DNA from: a virus
Taxonomy: Duplodnaviria > Caudoviricetes
DNA length: 33,280 nt
IMG/VR virus record: IMGVR_UViG_3300033076_000387
Coordinates: 1 to 33,280 of that record
Reading direction: 5' to 3' (one strand)
The notes under the pieces are model-generated. The model searched no databases. It saw only the letters and a list, made by a program, of their open reading frames with translations, and was not told where the DNA came from. Shown here piece after piece: positions 1 through 7,045 of this stretch. The translations under genes and the position numbers were made by a program. The stretch's first letter is position 1. Each line of letters starts with the position of its first letter.

Positions 1-1866
1 CATCCAAATTGTGCCTGGAGTGTTTACATCATTGGTAATTTCAATTGTATTTACACGCCAAGAGTTTTGATTGATCTGTGTCCATGGATAATCAGTGTTG
101 GTGTACATTTGAATACCTGTTCTAACTTGTGGGGCTTGACCCACGCTGTTGCAACCTTCAATATTGATATTAACTGCACCAATAAGTGTTGTGTCTACTG
201 CGGGATCAATTGGAATGTTGTCATCTTTCAAGTTAACAACTTCAGGCAGAATACGATGTACTAATAACTTACCGGAATAGTCTTTTAAAAGTTTAATGTT
301 ATCGCGACGGAACTTACTGTTGATAGCAAGTCCTTTAATGAATTCATAACCATGGTCTTTCATAACAACTTTGTCATTTAGTGCGCCACGAGCATAGACC
401 ATTGTTCTACTTGCTTTGTTATAACTCCATTCAAGCGTGTCAGGATCTTGTGACCACACTGGACTTTCACAAGCAAAGGTTGCTTTGTTAACATCGCGAG
501 GTGCGTTCCAGCAGTCCAAGTCATAACGGTATGCTAACATTTTGTTTGGCACGCCACCTTCCGGAGCATCGGCATCAGGATAATAAATCTCAATTTGATT
601 CTTCTCTGTGTTAGTCTGCATGTGAATACGATCCACATAGCGAGGATCTAACTGGTCAAAGAACCAATGGCGCACACGCTGGTTACCAATACCTTGGAAG
701 CTTTGTCCGTTGAAGACCCAAATGTCACGAGCATCAATACCATAAACAGTGTTGTCTGTATTGGCCCAGCAGTTTTGTGTTAACAAGCCACGACCCTGGT
801 TAAACAATCTAACGCCCAGAATAGGTACATTGGTAGTTGTGTAGTTTAATGGTGTAAGCACAACTGTGTCCCAATATGAACACAAATATAATTGTCCGTT
901 AGCAGGGAAAGCATCTAGAACTTCTCCACGCAATGGAACTTCAAATTCGTTTGCGACATTAAGAATTGTTGGTTCCCATGTTAGCGGAACTTCGTTAAGG
1001 CCGAAGTTTTGACTCCAGCGTACAGTAACAGGATATTGTGTTGTAACATCATCTAAGTCAGTAGCAAATAAATTACCTGCTACAAGAATGTTACCTACAT
1101 TGGGCGTAGAGTAAATCCGGATGAAACCTGCTGTTAAGTTTTTCCAGTTTGGATTATAGTTCCAAGTATATTTTGCTGCTACTGATCCACCGCCAGGATA
1201 AGCACTACCAGGAGTTGCTGTATAGTTAATTGTTGTAGTTGTTGAACTTACAACTGTAAATGTTCCATCAAAGTAATTGTTAACACCGCTAATAACAATT
1301 TGTTCTCCAGCCGCATAAGGAGCTGTGGCGTATGGTGTTGCTAATGTAATTTGTTGTGTTGTGGCGTTGACATAAGCAATGTTAGAAATGTTACTTGGAA
1401 TCAATTGCTTATACATTACCAACTTAGCGCCTGGTTCATCAGGTAAGAAGAATGGTGCGTTGAATGTATCATTGAAGATTGGAATAGTACCGTTCCAAGC
1501 TTCTGTAATATTGATTTCTTGACTATAGTTAGAACCACTGTAGCCAGAACCTGCTACTGGGGTGATGTCGGTCCAAGATGATTCGCCCGCTGTAATCATC
1601 CACCAATGACCTTCATCTGTAGCTACGATAAGATAGAATTTTCCACTTTGTCTAAAGCCGCCTGAAATATAAGTTGGAGTACCTGTAATAGTGGCAAGAA
1701 TCTCAGTGTCGCCATTAACGCTACGAATGCCGCGAACATCTGTTTCAACATTCTCACCGGCATTGTATTCATTAGGACCCAATGCACTTGCGGGCACATC
1801 AGGCGTAAAGCTCATTTTACTGAAAGGGATTATTACTTCATCGTAAGATTTTTTAATTTGTGGCAT
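1..1866 (-). CDS. Tail hub / DNA-stabilisation protein (P22 gp10 / T7 gp12 position), 3'-truncated at window edge
   Basis: Missing from the ORF track. My manual translation from ATG 1866 (MPQIKKSYDEVIIPFSKMSFTPDVPASALGPNEYNAGENVETD...) stays open for 622 codons to base 1 (...PGTIWM). Has beta-propeller-like Trp/Gly motifs (VRWSQNFG, DIWVFNG), SD AGGA and an upstream TAAATA. Family assignment rests on size, motifs and synteny. Confidence 0.75.
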   Translation of the reverse strand, partial: MPQIKKSYDEVIIPFSKMSFTPDVPASALGPNEYNAGENVETDVRGIRSVNGDTEILATITGTPTYISGGFRQSGKFYLIVATDEGHWWMITAGESSWTDITPVAGSGYSGSNYSQEINITEAWNGTIPIFNDTFNAPFFLPDEPGAKLVMYKQLIPSNISNIAYVNATTQQITLATPYATAPYAAGEQIVISGVNNYFDGTFTVVSSTTTTINYTATPGSAYPGGGSVAAKYTWNYNPNWKNLTAGFIRIYSTPNVGNILVAGNLFATDLDDVTTQYPVTVRWSQNFGLNEVPLTWEPTILNVANEFEVPLRGEVLDAFPANGQLYLCSYWDTVVLTPLNYTTTNVPILGVRLFNQGRGLLTQNCWANTDNTVYGIDARDIWVFNGQSFQGIGNQRVRHWFFDQLDPRYVDRIHMQTNTEKNQIEIYYPDADAPEGGVPNKMLAYRYDLDCWNAPRDVNKATFACESPVWSQDPDTLEWSYNKASRTMVYARGALNDKVVMKDHGYEFIKGLAINSKFRRDNIKLLKDYSGKLLVHRILPEVVNLKDDNIPIDPAVDTTLIGAVNINIEGCNSVGQAPQVRTGIQMYTNTDYPWTQINQNSWRVNTIEITNDVNTPGTIWM

Positions 1867-1899
1867 AAGGATATGTTTCCTGTTGTATCCTTATATTTA
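1865..1899 (-). promoter_or_regulatory. TAAATA late-type promoter with hairpin over the hub-gene start
   Basis: TATTTA at 1894-1899. Inverted repeat ATAAGGATA (1865-1873) / TATCCTTAT (1886-1894) overlaps the start codon, with the SD in the loop. Confidence 0.6.
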
Positions 1900-1905
1900 G
1901 TGATA

Positions 1906-2139
1906 TTAAAATCCTAAGGCTATGCGTAACTTTTCAATCTCATGTTCATCACAAAGTATTTGAGTTCTAGTCCAACCGGTTTCAGGAATCCAGCGTTCAA
2001 TTAAGATCTCAAACTCTCCCTTGTTCCATTCCCTGCGTAAGACATGCATCTTGTAATCATCTCTGTTGACGATATTAGGTTCAGGCTTTTCTTTCTTTTC
2101 TGGCGTTTGTCCTGGGTGCGGTGTTACATATTTTTGCAT
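1906..2139 (-). CDS. Hypothetical protein (77 aa)
   Basis: SD AGGA, co-oriented with neighbours. Confidence 0.75.
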   Translation of the reverse strand: MQKYVTPHPGQTPEKKEKPEPNIVNRDDYKMHVLRREWNKGEFEILIERWIPETGWTRTQILCDEHEIEKLRIALGF

Positions 2140-2179
2140 TGTGTTTTCCTATAATTATGTGATACTTTATGATTTTTAT

Positions 2180-2449
2180 TCAAACGCCATACTCTGTATA
2201 GCTAAAATCATCGCAGTTGAATCTTTTGTTCAATCTACGAACTGCTGCCCTTGCAGATCCTTCATGCAAGTAAGTCATCTTGTAGTATTTCTTTGCGATC
2301 CCTCCCAATATTGGGGTAATGCTTCTAATGCCAATTGGTCGTTTTTTGTATAGTATGATATAGGTTGTTTCAGCTTGTGTTATTTCCCAAACAACTCCTT
2401 TTTCATCTTCTGCTCTATCTAAGATAATTGGTTCGGGTCTTGCCATCAT
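2180..2449 (-). CDS. Hypothetical protein (MARPEP...AVRRLNKRF), possibly a family conserved in large phages
   Basis: SD GGAG; ATGA overlap with the upstream ORF. Confidence 0.75.
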   Translation of the reverse strand: MMARPEPIILDRAEDEKGVVWEITQAETTYIILYKKRPIGIRSITPILGGIAKKYYKMTYLHEGSARAAVRRLNKRFNCDDFSYTEYGV

Positions 2450-2715
2450 TCTTCTCCATATTTTAAAGCAAACATCAGTCTGGCTTGAGCATCATCTGGC
2501 CAGATTGCTTGGGCAAAGTCTTTTGCTGTTTTATAAGTTTTTCCATCCAGCATCCATTTAGGTGGTTGATAAGCATTTTGCATATTATGCGCTTGTGCTA
2601 ATTGTGCTTGATGCAGCCATTGTGGGGCATTTTGTAGTTGACTGGGATGTGTTTGATACATGCCTTGTCCGGTTAGGGCTGCTTGTCCCATGGCTCCAAA
2701 TATACTGTTTAACAT
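2446..2715 (-). CDS. Gln-rich hypothetical protein
   Basis: Start moved to ATG 2715, which follows SD GGAGA and abuts the upstream stop. Confidence 0.7.
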   Translation of the reverse strand: MLNSIFGAMGQAALTGQGMYQTHPSQLQNAPQWLHQAQLAQAHNMQNAYQPPKWMLDGKTYKTAKDFAQAIWPDDAQARLMFALKYGEE

Positions 2716-2716
2716 A

Positions 2717-2938
2717 TTATATCTCCCAATTAATTTCAAATACTCTGTAGTGTTGATCTTTTAGTGCTTCTAACATTTGAATGTGTTGTACTTCCTCTTT
2801 ACTTGCCCAATATCCGCCTAGAACTTTATGCGTATTATAAGTGGGTTTGAGTTCGCTAAAGTTTCCTTCATTGTTCAATTTAATCAACATATAGCAAGTT
2901 ATATGTGTGGGTGCCGTGAGTTCTTTAATTTCAGTCAT
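2717..2938 (-). CDS. Hypothetical protein (73 aa)
   Basis: ATGA translational coupling to 2935..3537. Confidence 0.7.
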   Translation of the reverse strand: MTEIKELTAPTHITCYMLIKLNNEGNFSELKPTYNTHKVLGGYWASKEEVQHIQMLEALKDQHYRVFEINWEI

Positions 2939-3537
2939 AGTGGTGTTGCCTTTAAATATTTTTGTATTTGGGGGAATTTAATTTGTGCGAGCAAATAGTT
3001 TTCTTTGCTAATCTTAAACCAACGGTATTCTAATTCCAAATTGGTGCCAGTATCATATGCGTATTCTTGGACTAATTGTCTTAGTTCAAAACGATCTTCT
3101 ACTTCAAGCATAGCAAATACATGTTCGCTTATTGTGCAAAGATATTTCTCTTTAATGCGTTTGCTGGGTCTATTTGCCAATTTGATTGAGCGAGAGGTTC
3201 TACTGCGTTTTGGAATAGCAGTCATATGATCGGGATTACAACATTCTTTATTGCCGCATGTCATACGCACTTCAATTTTTTCCAGTACTGCATCTGGATA
3301 ATGTTCTGCGTATATAAGTCTATTGGCTTGGGTCATTTGTTGGTGATTATTTTTATATGCACCAAACAAATTTCCTTGGCGTCCTTTTGCTCCAATCCAT
3401 TTGTGGCAATTTTCTTGTAAAGAGCCTTTAGTTATTTTCTCATTGAGCTTATCTGTATTCCAAGACCAATTGCTATTTGTATGTGTTATTACTTTTCTTG
3501 GTCCTGGACTATATCCTGGTTTTCTTCCTCTTGGCAT
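2935..3537 (-). CDS. Degenerate HNH / Zn-binding-loop homing-endonuclease-like protein, probably nuclease-dead DNA binder
   Basis: CHKWIGAK...ANRLIY...VRMTCGNKECCNPDHM aligns by eye with CWNWIG...AHRFSY...VCHKCDNPKCVNPEHL of 5747..6262. SD AGGAG; TAAATA at 3558-3563. Confidence 0.65.
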   Translation of the reverse strand: MPRGRKPGYSPGPRKVITHTNSNWSWNTDKLNEKITKGSLQENCHKWIGAKGRQGNLFGAYKNNHQQMTQANRLIYAEHYPDAVLEKIEVRMTCGNKECCNPDHMTAIPKRSRTSRSIKLANRPSKRIKEKYLCTISEHVFAMLEVEDRFELRQLVQEYAYDTGTNLELEYRWFKISKENYLLAQIKFPQIQKYLKATPL

Positions 3538-3592
3538 TGCTTATTTCTCCTATACTTTATTTACCAGTGCTATTCATAGTAGCCATCTATTG

Positions 3593-3814
3593 CTACTTGC
3601 TTGTTATTCCCAATTGTTCTAAATAATGTTGTTGATCTGGGTTAATCCATGTAAACCAGTGGTCGTGTTGACAGCAATATAATCCTTTGTATAAAGGATT
3701 TTTAGTACTGTTATGTATAATCAAATCACAATGTTTGTGTTTGGGATTTCTACTTACTAATTTAAAAATATTAACTTTTGTGGGTTTTATTTTTACCCAA
3801 TCATCACTTGCCAT
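3593..3814 (-). CDS. Small His/Cys-rich putative Zn-binding protein
   Basis: HKHC...LYCCQHDHWFTW pattern. Confidence 0.65.
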   Translation of the reverse strand: MASDDWVKIKPTKVNIFKLVSRNPKHKHCDLIIHNSTKNPLYKGLYCCQHDHWFTWINPDQQHYLEQLGITSK

Positions 3815-3832
3815 TTCATTGCCTTTTTAAAA

Positions 3833-3876
3833 AGATGCGCTACACTATATGTTGTTTGTGTGTTTGTTGTATCAAC
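3833..3876. repeat. 44-bp perfect direct repeat, copy 1
   Basis: AGATGCGCTACACTATATGTTGTTTGTGTGTTTGTTGTATCAAC, identical to 4594-4637. Confidence 0.97.
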
Positions 3877-4913
3877 TCGTGTTCAAATTTTATATCAAAT
3901 CCAGTTCTGGTCCTTACAAATTCATTGAGTGCAATTTCATCAATTAAATTCTCGCAAGCCCAACCATCATGTTCTAAAAAATGTCTGTTGTTTGTTTCTC
4001 TTAAAAATTCAACTATTGAATCCAAAACAACTCGTTCTAAATCCCTATAAATCGCAGTTTTTTGTTTTCCTGAAATAGGTAAAGTTCTAGTAATGCCATT
4101 CTTATCTTTTTTAGTTCTTTTTTGGCATTGGGGTTTGATGCAACTCCACATGACTTTAATATCTTGTTTGAGTCCAATAATAAATTCGTGTTGTTGTAAA
4201 AACTTGATCTTTGCCAGATCTCCGTCTAATTCTAAAAAACTAGTACTTTGGCTATATGCACTTATTTGACCTCCTTGGAATAATCCATTTATAAGTCGTT
4301 TAATTACTTGTTCATCTGTTTCTGCTTGAATGGCTAATTGCTGTCTAATTGCTGTTCTGTTTTTGATGTAATCATTGATTTTGAACATATATTCGTCATT
4401 GCCCAATTGCTGACTATATTGTAATAACAATGTTGGGCAAGCGCATACTATATCATAATTGTGTTTGAATCCGGAATCAGCTAGTACTTGTTGTTTTTCT
4501 TGGCGTCTGTGATTTTGGAGCCAATGCCAACGACGACTACTTGAATCTTTGTAATTAATCCCTGTTTCTACTTCTTTTTGGAACTTATTGCTGAGATGCG
4601 CTACACTATATGTTGTTTGTGTGTTTGTTGTATCAACATTTTCCTCAAGGAATTTTAGTCCAGTTCCATTCAAGCGATACTTTTTTGTTATTTTCAAATC
4701 TTTGTTATATCTCTCATCCACACAAATCAATAACAAATCACGCAAATATCTACCTAGTTCATGTCGTTGACTGCCAAAGTTATCTTTGTGATGTATCCAT
4801 CTCGTGCCCAGTGCTTGTGGTCTGTCCTCACGCAAATACTTCTTACAAAAAGTAATGGCTTTGACAATTCGTTGTTGACATCTCTTATCACTAAAATTTG
4901 GTTGATATGTCAT
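3840..4913 (-). CDS. Minimal family-A polymerase-like protein (putative N-terminal winged-HTH plus Pol palm/fingers); candidate replication initiator or primase
   Basis: Motif A-like YDIVCACPTLL, motif B-like R..K.LINGLFQG and motif C-like FLEHDG in correct order. No exonuclease domains; only 357 aa. Confidence 0.6.
   Translation of the reverse strand: MTYQPNFSDKRCQQRIVKAITFCKKYLREDRPQALGTRWIHHKDNFGSQRHELGRYLRDLLLICVDERYNKDLKITKKYRLNGTGLKFLEENVDTTNTQTTYSVAHLSNKFQKEVETGINYKDSSSRRWHWLQNHRRQEKQQVLADSGFKHNYDIVCACPTLLLQYSQQLGNDEYMFKINDYIKNRTAIRQQLAIQAETDEQVIKRLINGLFQGGQISAYSQSTSFLELDGDLAKIKFLQQHEFIIGLKQDIKVMWSCIKPQCQKRTKKDKNGITRTLPISGKQKTAIYRDLERVVLDSIVEFLRETNNRHFLEHDGWACENLIDEIALNEFVRTRTGFDIKFEHELIQQTHKQHIV
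4594..4637. repeat. 44-bp perfect direct repeat, copy 2 (intragenic, inter-domain linker)
   Basis: Identical to 3833-3876; 761 bp offset, so it is read in a different frame. Confidence 0.97.
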
Positions 4914-5185
4914 ATGAATTCCTTTGCTTTATTGTCAAAGAGATCAACATATCTGCCTTGCAGTTTTTCCATAAAAACAAATTTATTGGCTGATTCAAGA
5001 TGAGTATAAAAACGCCTTTTGTATTCAATGGAATTCATATTATGGTCAAACATATAAGATTGCACAATATAATTTTGATTGAAACGAGTAGAATGAAATT
5101 TGAGTCGCTTGCGTGGGTTCTCTTTCATCAAAGCAAATTTTTCTTTGAGTTGTTCATATAAAATATCAACATTGGATTGCATCAT
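4910..5185 (-). CDS. Hypothetical protein (91 aa)
   Basis: SD GAGGA; ATGA overlap with the Pol-like gene. Confidence 0.75.
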   Translation of the reverse strand: MMQSNVDILYEQLKEKFALMKENPRKRLKFHSTRFNQNYIVQSYMFDHNMNSIEYKRRFYTHLESANKFVFMEKLQGRYVDLFDNKAKEFI

Positions 5186-5191
5186 CAGTCC

Positions 5192-5611
5192 TCAAAATAA
5201 ATCATTAAATGTTGTATTATGTTGGGGACGCAAATTGCCTAATTTGTATTCCCATTTAGTTTCGGCTCTAATTGCACTGGCTAACTCTTGTTGTATAACG
5301 CCATTTTTACCAGTGGTCCAATCAACTAGATTGCTGTCAACTAAATCCTTAATTGGGCAACGCATCATTTCGCCATGCTTTTTGTCATAGCCGCGGTGTT
5401 TGTTATACTTGGGATACGAACCCATGGGATGTGTTCTATTAAACAAGTACTGGATTTCTCCAACTGTAAAATAACCCTTTTCATTAAAATTGTCCAGGGC
5501 TCGTTTAAGTGCGGGCCAACCATTCTTATCCAAATCTGCGTCATACATATTTTTGAATCTGGTTTGGCAACTATCCAGCCATTGTGCTACTTTATAGGTA
5601 GGTGTTGTCAT
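5192..5611 (-). CDS. Hypothetical protein, first gene of the replication-type operon
   Basis: Strong SD AAGGAG directly after a consensus promoter. Confidence 0.8.
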   Translation of the reverse strand: MTTPTYKVAQWLDSCQTRFKNMYDADLDKNGWPALKRALDNFNEKGYFTVGEIQYLFNRTHPMGSYPKYNKHRGYDKKHGEMMRCPIKDLVDSNLVDWTTGKNGVIQQELASAIRAETKWEYKLGNLRPQHNTTFNDLF

Positions 5612-5628
5612 TGTGTGCTCCTTGTGTT

Positions 5629-5657
5629 ATTGTATATTTACTTATGCCTAATGTCAA
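5629..5657 (-). promoter_or_regulatory. Sigma70 promoter TTGACA-17-TACAAT with TAAATA embedded in its spacer
   Basis: Minus strand reads TTGACA ttaggcataagTAAATA TACAAT. Confidence 0.8.
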
Positions 5658-5712
5658 ATAACTTGGGCAAATAGGTAAATTTTCGGGGAAATGAAAAAGG
5701 TAAAAGAAAGAG

Positions 5713-5740
5713 TTGCACTTTTTCTTTCAGGTATTATAAT
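5713..5740 (+). promoter_or_regulatory. Sigma70-like promoter TTGCAC-16-TATAAT for a leaderless HNH mRNA
   Basis: TATAAT lies 6 nt before ATG 5747; no SD. Confidence 0.6.
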
Positions 5741-5746
5741 AAACAC

Positions 5747-6262
5747 ATGATTACACAAGAACTTTTAGATAAATTTAATACCAAATATAAAATTGACCCA
5801 GAAACTAATTGTTGGAATTGGATTGGTGGAACTCGCATTAAGAAATGGGGATATGGAGGTTTCAAGGTAAAAGGTTTTAACTGGCTTGCACATAGGTTTA
5901 GTTACTATGCATATAAAGGCGATCCTGGCAAATTATTAGTTTGTCATAAATGCGATAATCCTAAATGTGTAAATCCTGAACATTTATTTTTAGGAACTCA
6001 AAAAGATAATGTTGATGATATGATGTCTAAAGATAGACATGGTAGTGGTGGAAATTCGGGTTCTGGATTAAAAGGGACAGATAATCCTTCGGTTAAACTT
6101 ACAGAAGATAATGTTCTTGAAATACGAAGAATTGGAAGGATTGGAACTTCCGGACGAGGTGGTCGTGGGGGAAATACTGAAGAATTAGCAAAACAATTTG
6201 GAGTTAGTAAAGTTTCAATCGCTAATATCTTACACAGAAGAACTTGGAAGCATATAAAGTAA
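5747..6262 (+). CDS. HNH endonuclease (HNH_3 / Zn-loop type) with C-terminal HTH
   Basis: CWNWIG, AHRFSY, VCHKCDNPKCVNPEHLFLGTQKDN; C-terminal LAKQFGVSKVSIANILHRRTWKH. Confidence 0.92.
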   Translation: MITQELLDKFNTKYKIDPETNCWNWIGGTRIKKWGYGGFKVKGFNWLAHRFSYYAYKGDPGKLLVCHKCDNPKCVNPEHLFLGTQKDNVDDMMSKDRHGSGGNSGSGLKGTDNPSVKLTEDNVLEIRRIGRIGTSGRGGRGGNTEELAKQFGVSKVSIANILHRRTWKHIK

Positions 6263-6374
6263 AAAGGATACCTGACATTGCATCAGGTATCCTAGTGTAG
6301 GGGATCGGGAGATTTATAACTAGACAGAAAACACAATATTGGCAACACAAGGATAATGTCTAATTACGCCCTAC
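6260..6374 (-). ncRNA. Putative antisense small RNA C
   Basis: TAAATA 6380-6385. Nested stems TGTAGGG/CCCTACA and TAGACA/TGTCTA. Complement of AAGGAtaATGTCT. Ends in a terminator. Confidence 0.5.
6261..6293 (-). terminator. Intrinsic terminator
   Basis: 11-bp stem AGGATACCTGA/TCAGGTATCCT plus U-tract on the minus strand. Confidence 0.85.
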
Positions 6375-6382
6375 AAAATTAT

Positions 6383-6610
6383 TTATTCTTCTAATTCGTC
6401 TAACTCATCCTCAAGCTCTTTAAGTCTGCGTTTCTTCTTTTCCACTTCTTGGATAAGATTAAATTCTCGGCGGAGTTGATGTAATGCTTCTCCAACCTCA
6501 TTACCAGTTGGATAGCGACTATAGAATTCTTTGAGAATGGGTAGCAATTCTGCTACGCCTTCTGGGTTAGCTTCTTTAATGTAGAATTCAAATTTGAATT
6601 CAGGTTTCAT
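6383..6610 (-). CDS. Hypothetical protein with C-terminal coiled coil
   Basis: SD GGA; ATGA overlap with the upstream ORF. Confidence 0.75.
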   Translation of the reverse strand: MKPEFKFEFYIKEANPEGVAELLPILKEFYSRYPTGNEVGEALHQLRREFNLIQEVEKKKRRLKELEDELDELEE

Positions 6611-6819
6611 TTTGTTTTCTTTCCAAACATGTTATCACATACCATGGAAAAATGTTCTGCACGATTTTTTGGTTCAATTAGAATCCAAGTTAAGATCAAT
6701 GCAAAAACAAATGCACAAGCGTTAGTCACAGCTTTGAATACTTTGATGATTAACCAAAGACAAACGCCGATGAATATGGGCCAAAAAATAATGTTACCAA
6801 TAACATCTGCTGAAAACAT
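6607..6819 (-). CDS. Small membrane protein (two hydrophobic segments)
   Basis: SD AAGGAG, own sigma70 promoter. Confidence 0.75.
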   Translation of the reverse strand: MFSADVIGNIIFWPIFIGVCLWLIIKVFKAVTNACAFVFALILTWILIEPKNRAEHFSMVCDNMFGKKTK

Positions 6820-6845
6820 TGTGCTCTCCTTGTTGCGATATATGT

Positions 6846-6874
6846 ATTATGCTATAGATTGAGGTTTGTGTCTA
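6846..6874 (-). promoter_or_regulatory. Sigma70 promoter TAGACA-17-CATAAT
   Basis: Exact 17-bp spacing upstream of ATG 6819. Confidence 0.7.
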
Positions 6875-6885
6875 TTTGTTTTGGA

Positions 6886-6903
6886 TGTTGTGTTTTTACA
6901 ACA
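6886..6903. promoter_or_regulatory. Operator-like palindrome TGTTGT-N6-ACAACA
   Basis: Inverted repeat 11 bp upstream of the -35 box. Confidence 0.45.
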
Positions 6904-6942
6904 CTAATACTAAAAGCTGATGCTCATATTTTAGTACTATAG

Positions 6943-7023
6943 AAAAACCCCCGAACCTTGCGGAACGAGGGTATTCTAATTTTAGGATTACTTAAAGGGA
7001 ACAAATGTCGTCAAACTATTTGT
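6943..7023 (-). ncRNA. Putative antisense small RNA B
   Basis: TAAATA 7029-7034. Complement of AAAGGGAacaaATGTCG. 3' hairpin ACCCUCG-UU-CC-GCAA-GG-UU-CGGGGGU plus U-tract. Confidence 0.55.
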
Positions 7024-7045
7024 AAAAGTATTTATGCTAATTGTC

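Noticed and set aside
3833-4637. DGR template/variable repeat, att sites or IS ends
   Set aside because: The copies are identical (no adenine-specific variation), and no reverse transcriptase, integrase or transposase is present.
6260-6380. tRNA, or HNH-associated guide RNA (HEARO/OMEGA type)
   Set aside because: No cloverleaf or T-loop. The terminator polarity puts the RNA antisense and convergent to the HNH gene, and the HNH has its own HTH for DNA binding.
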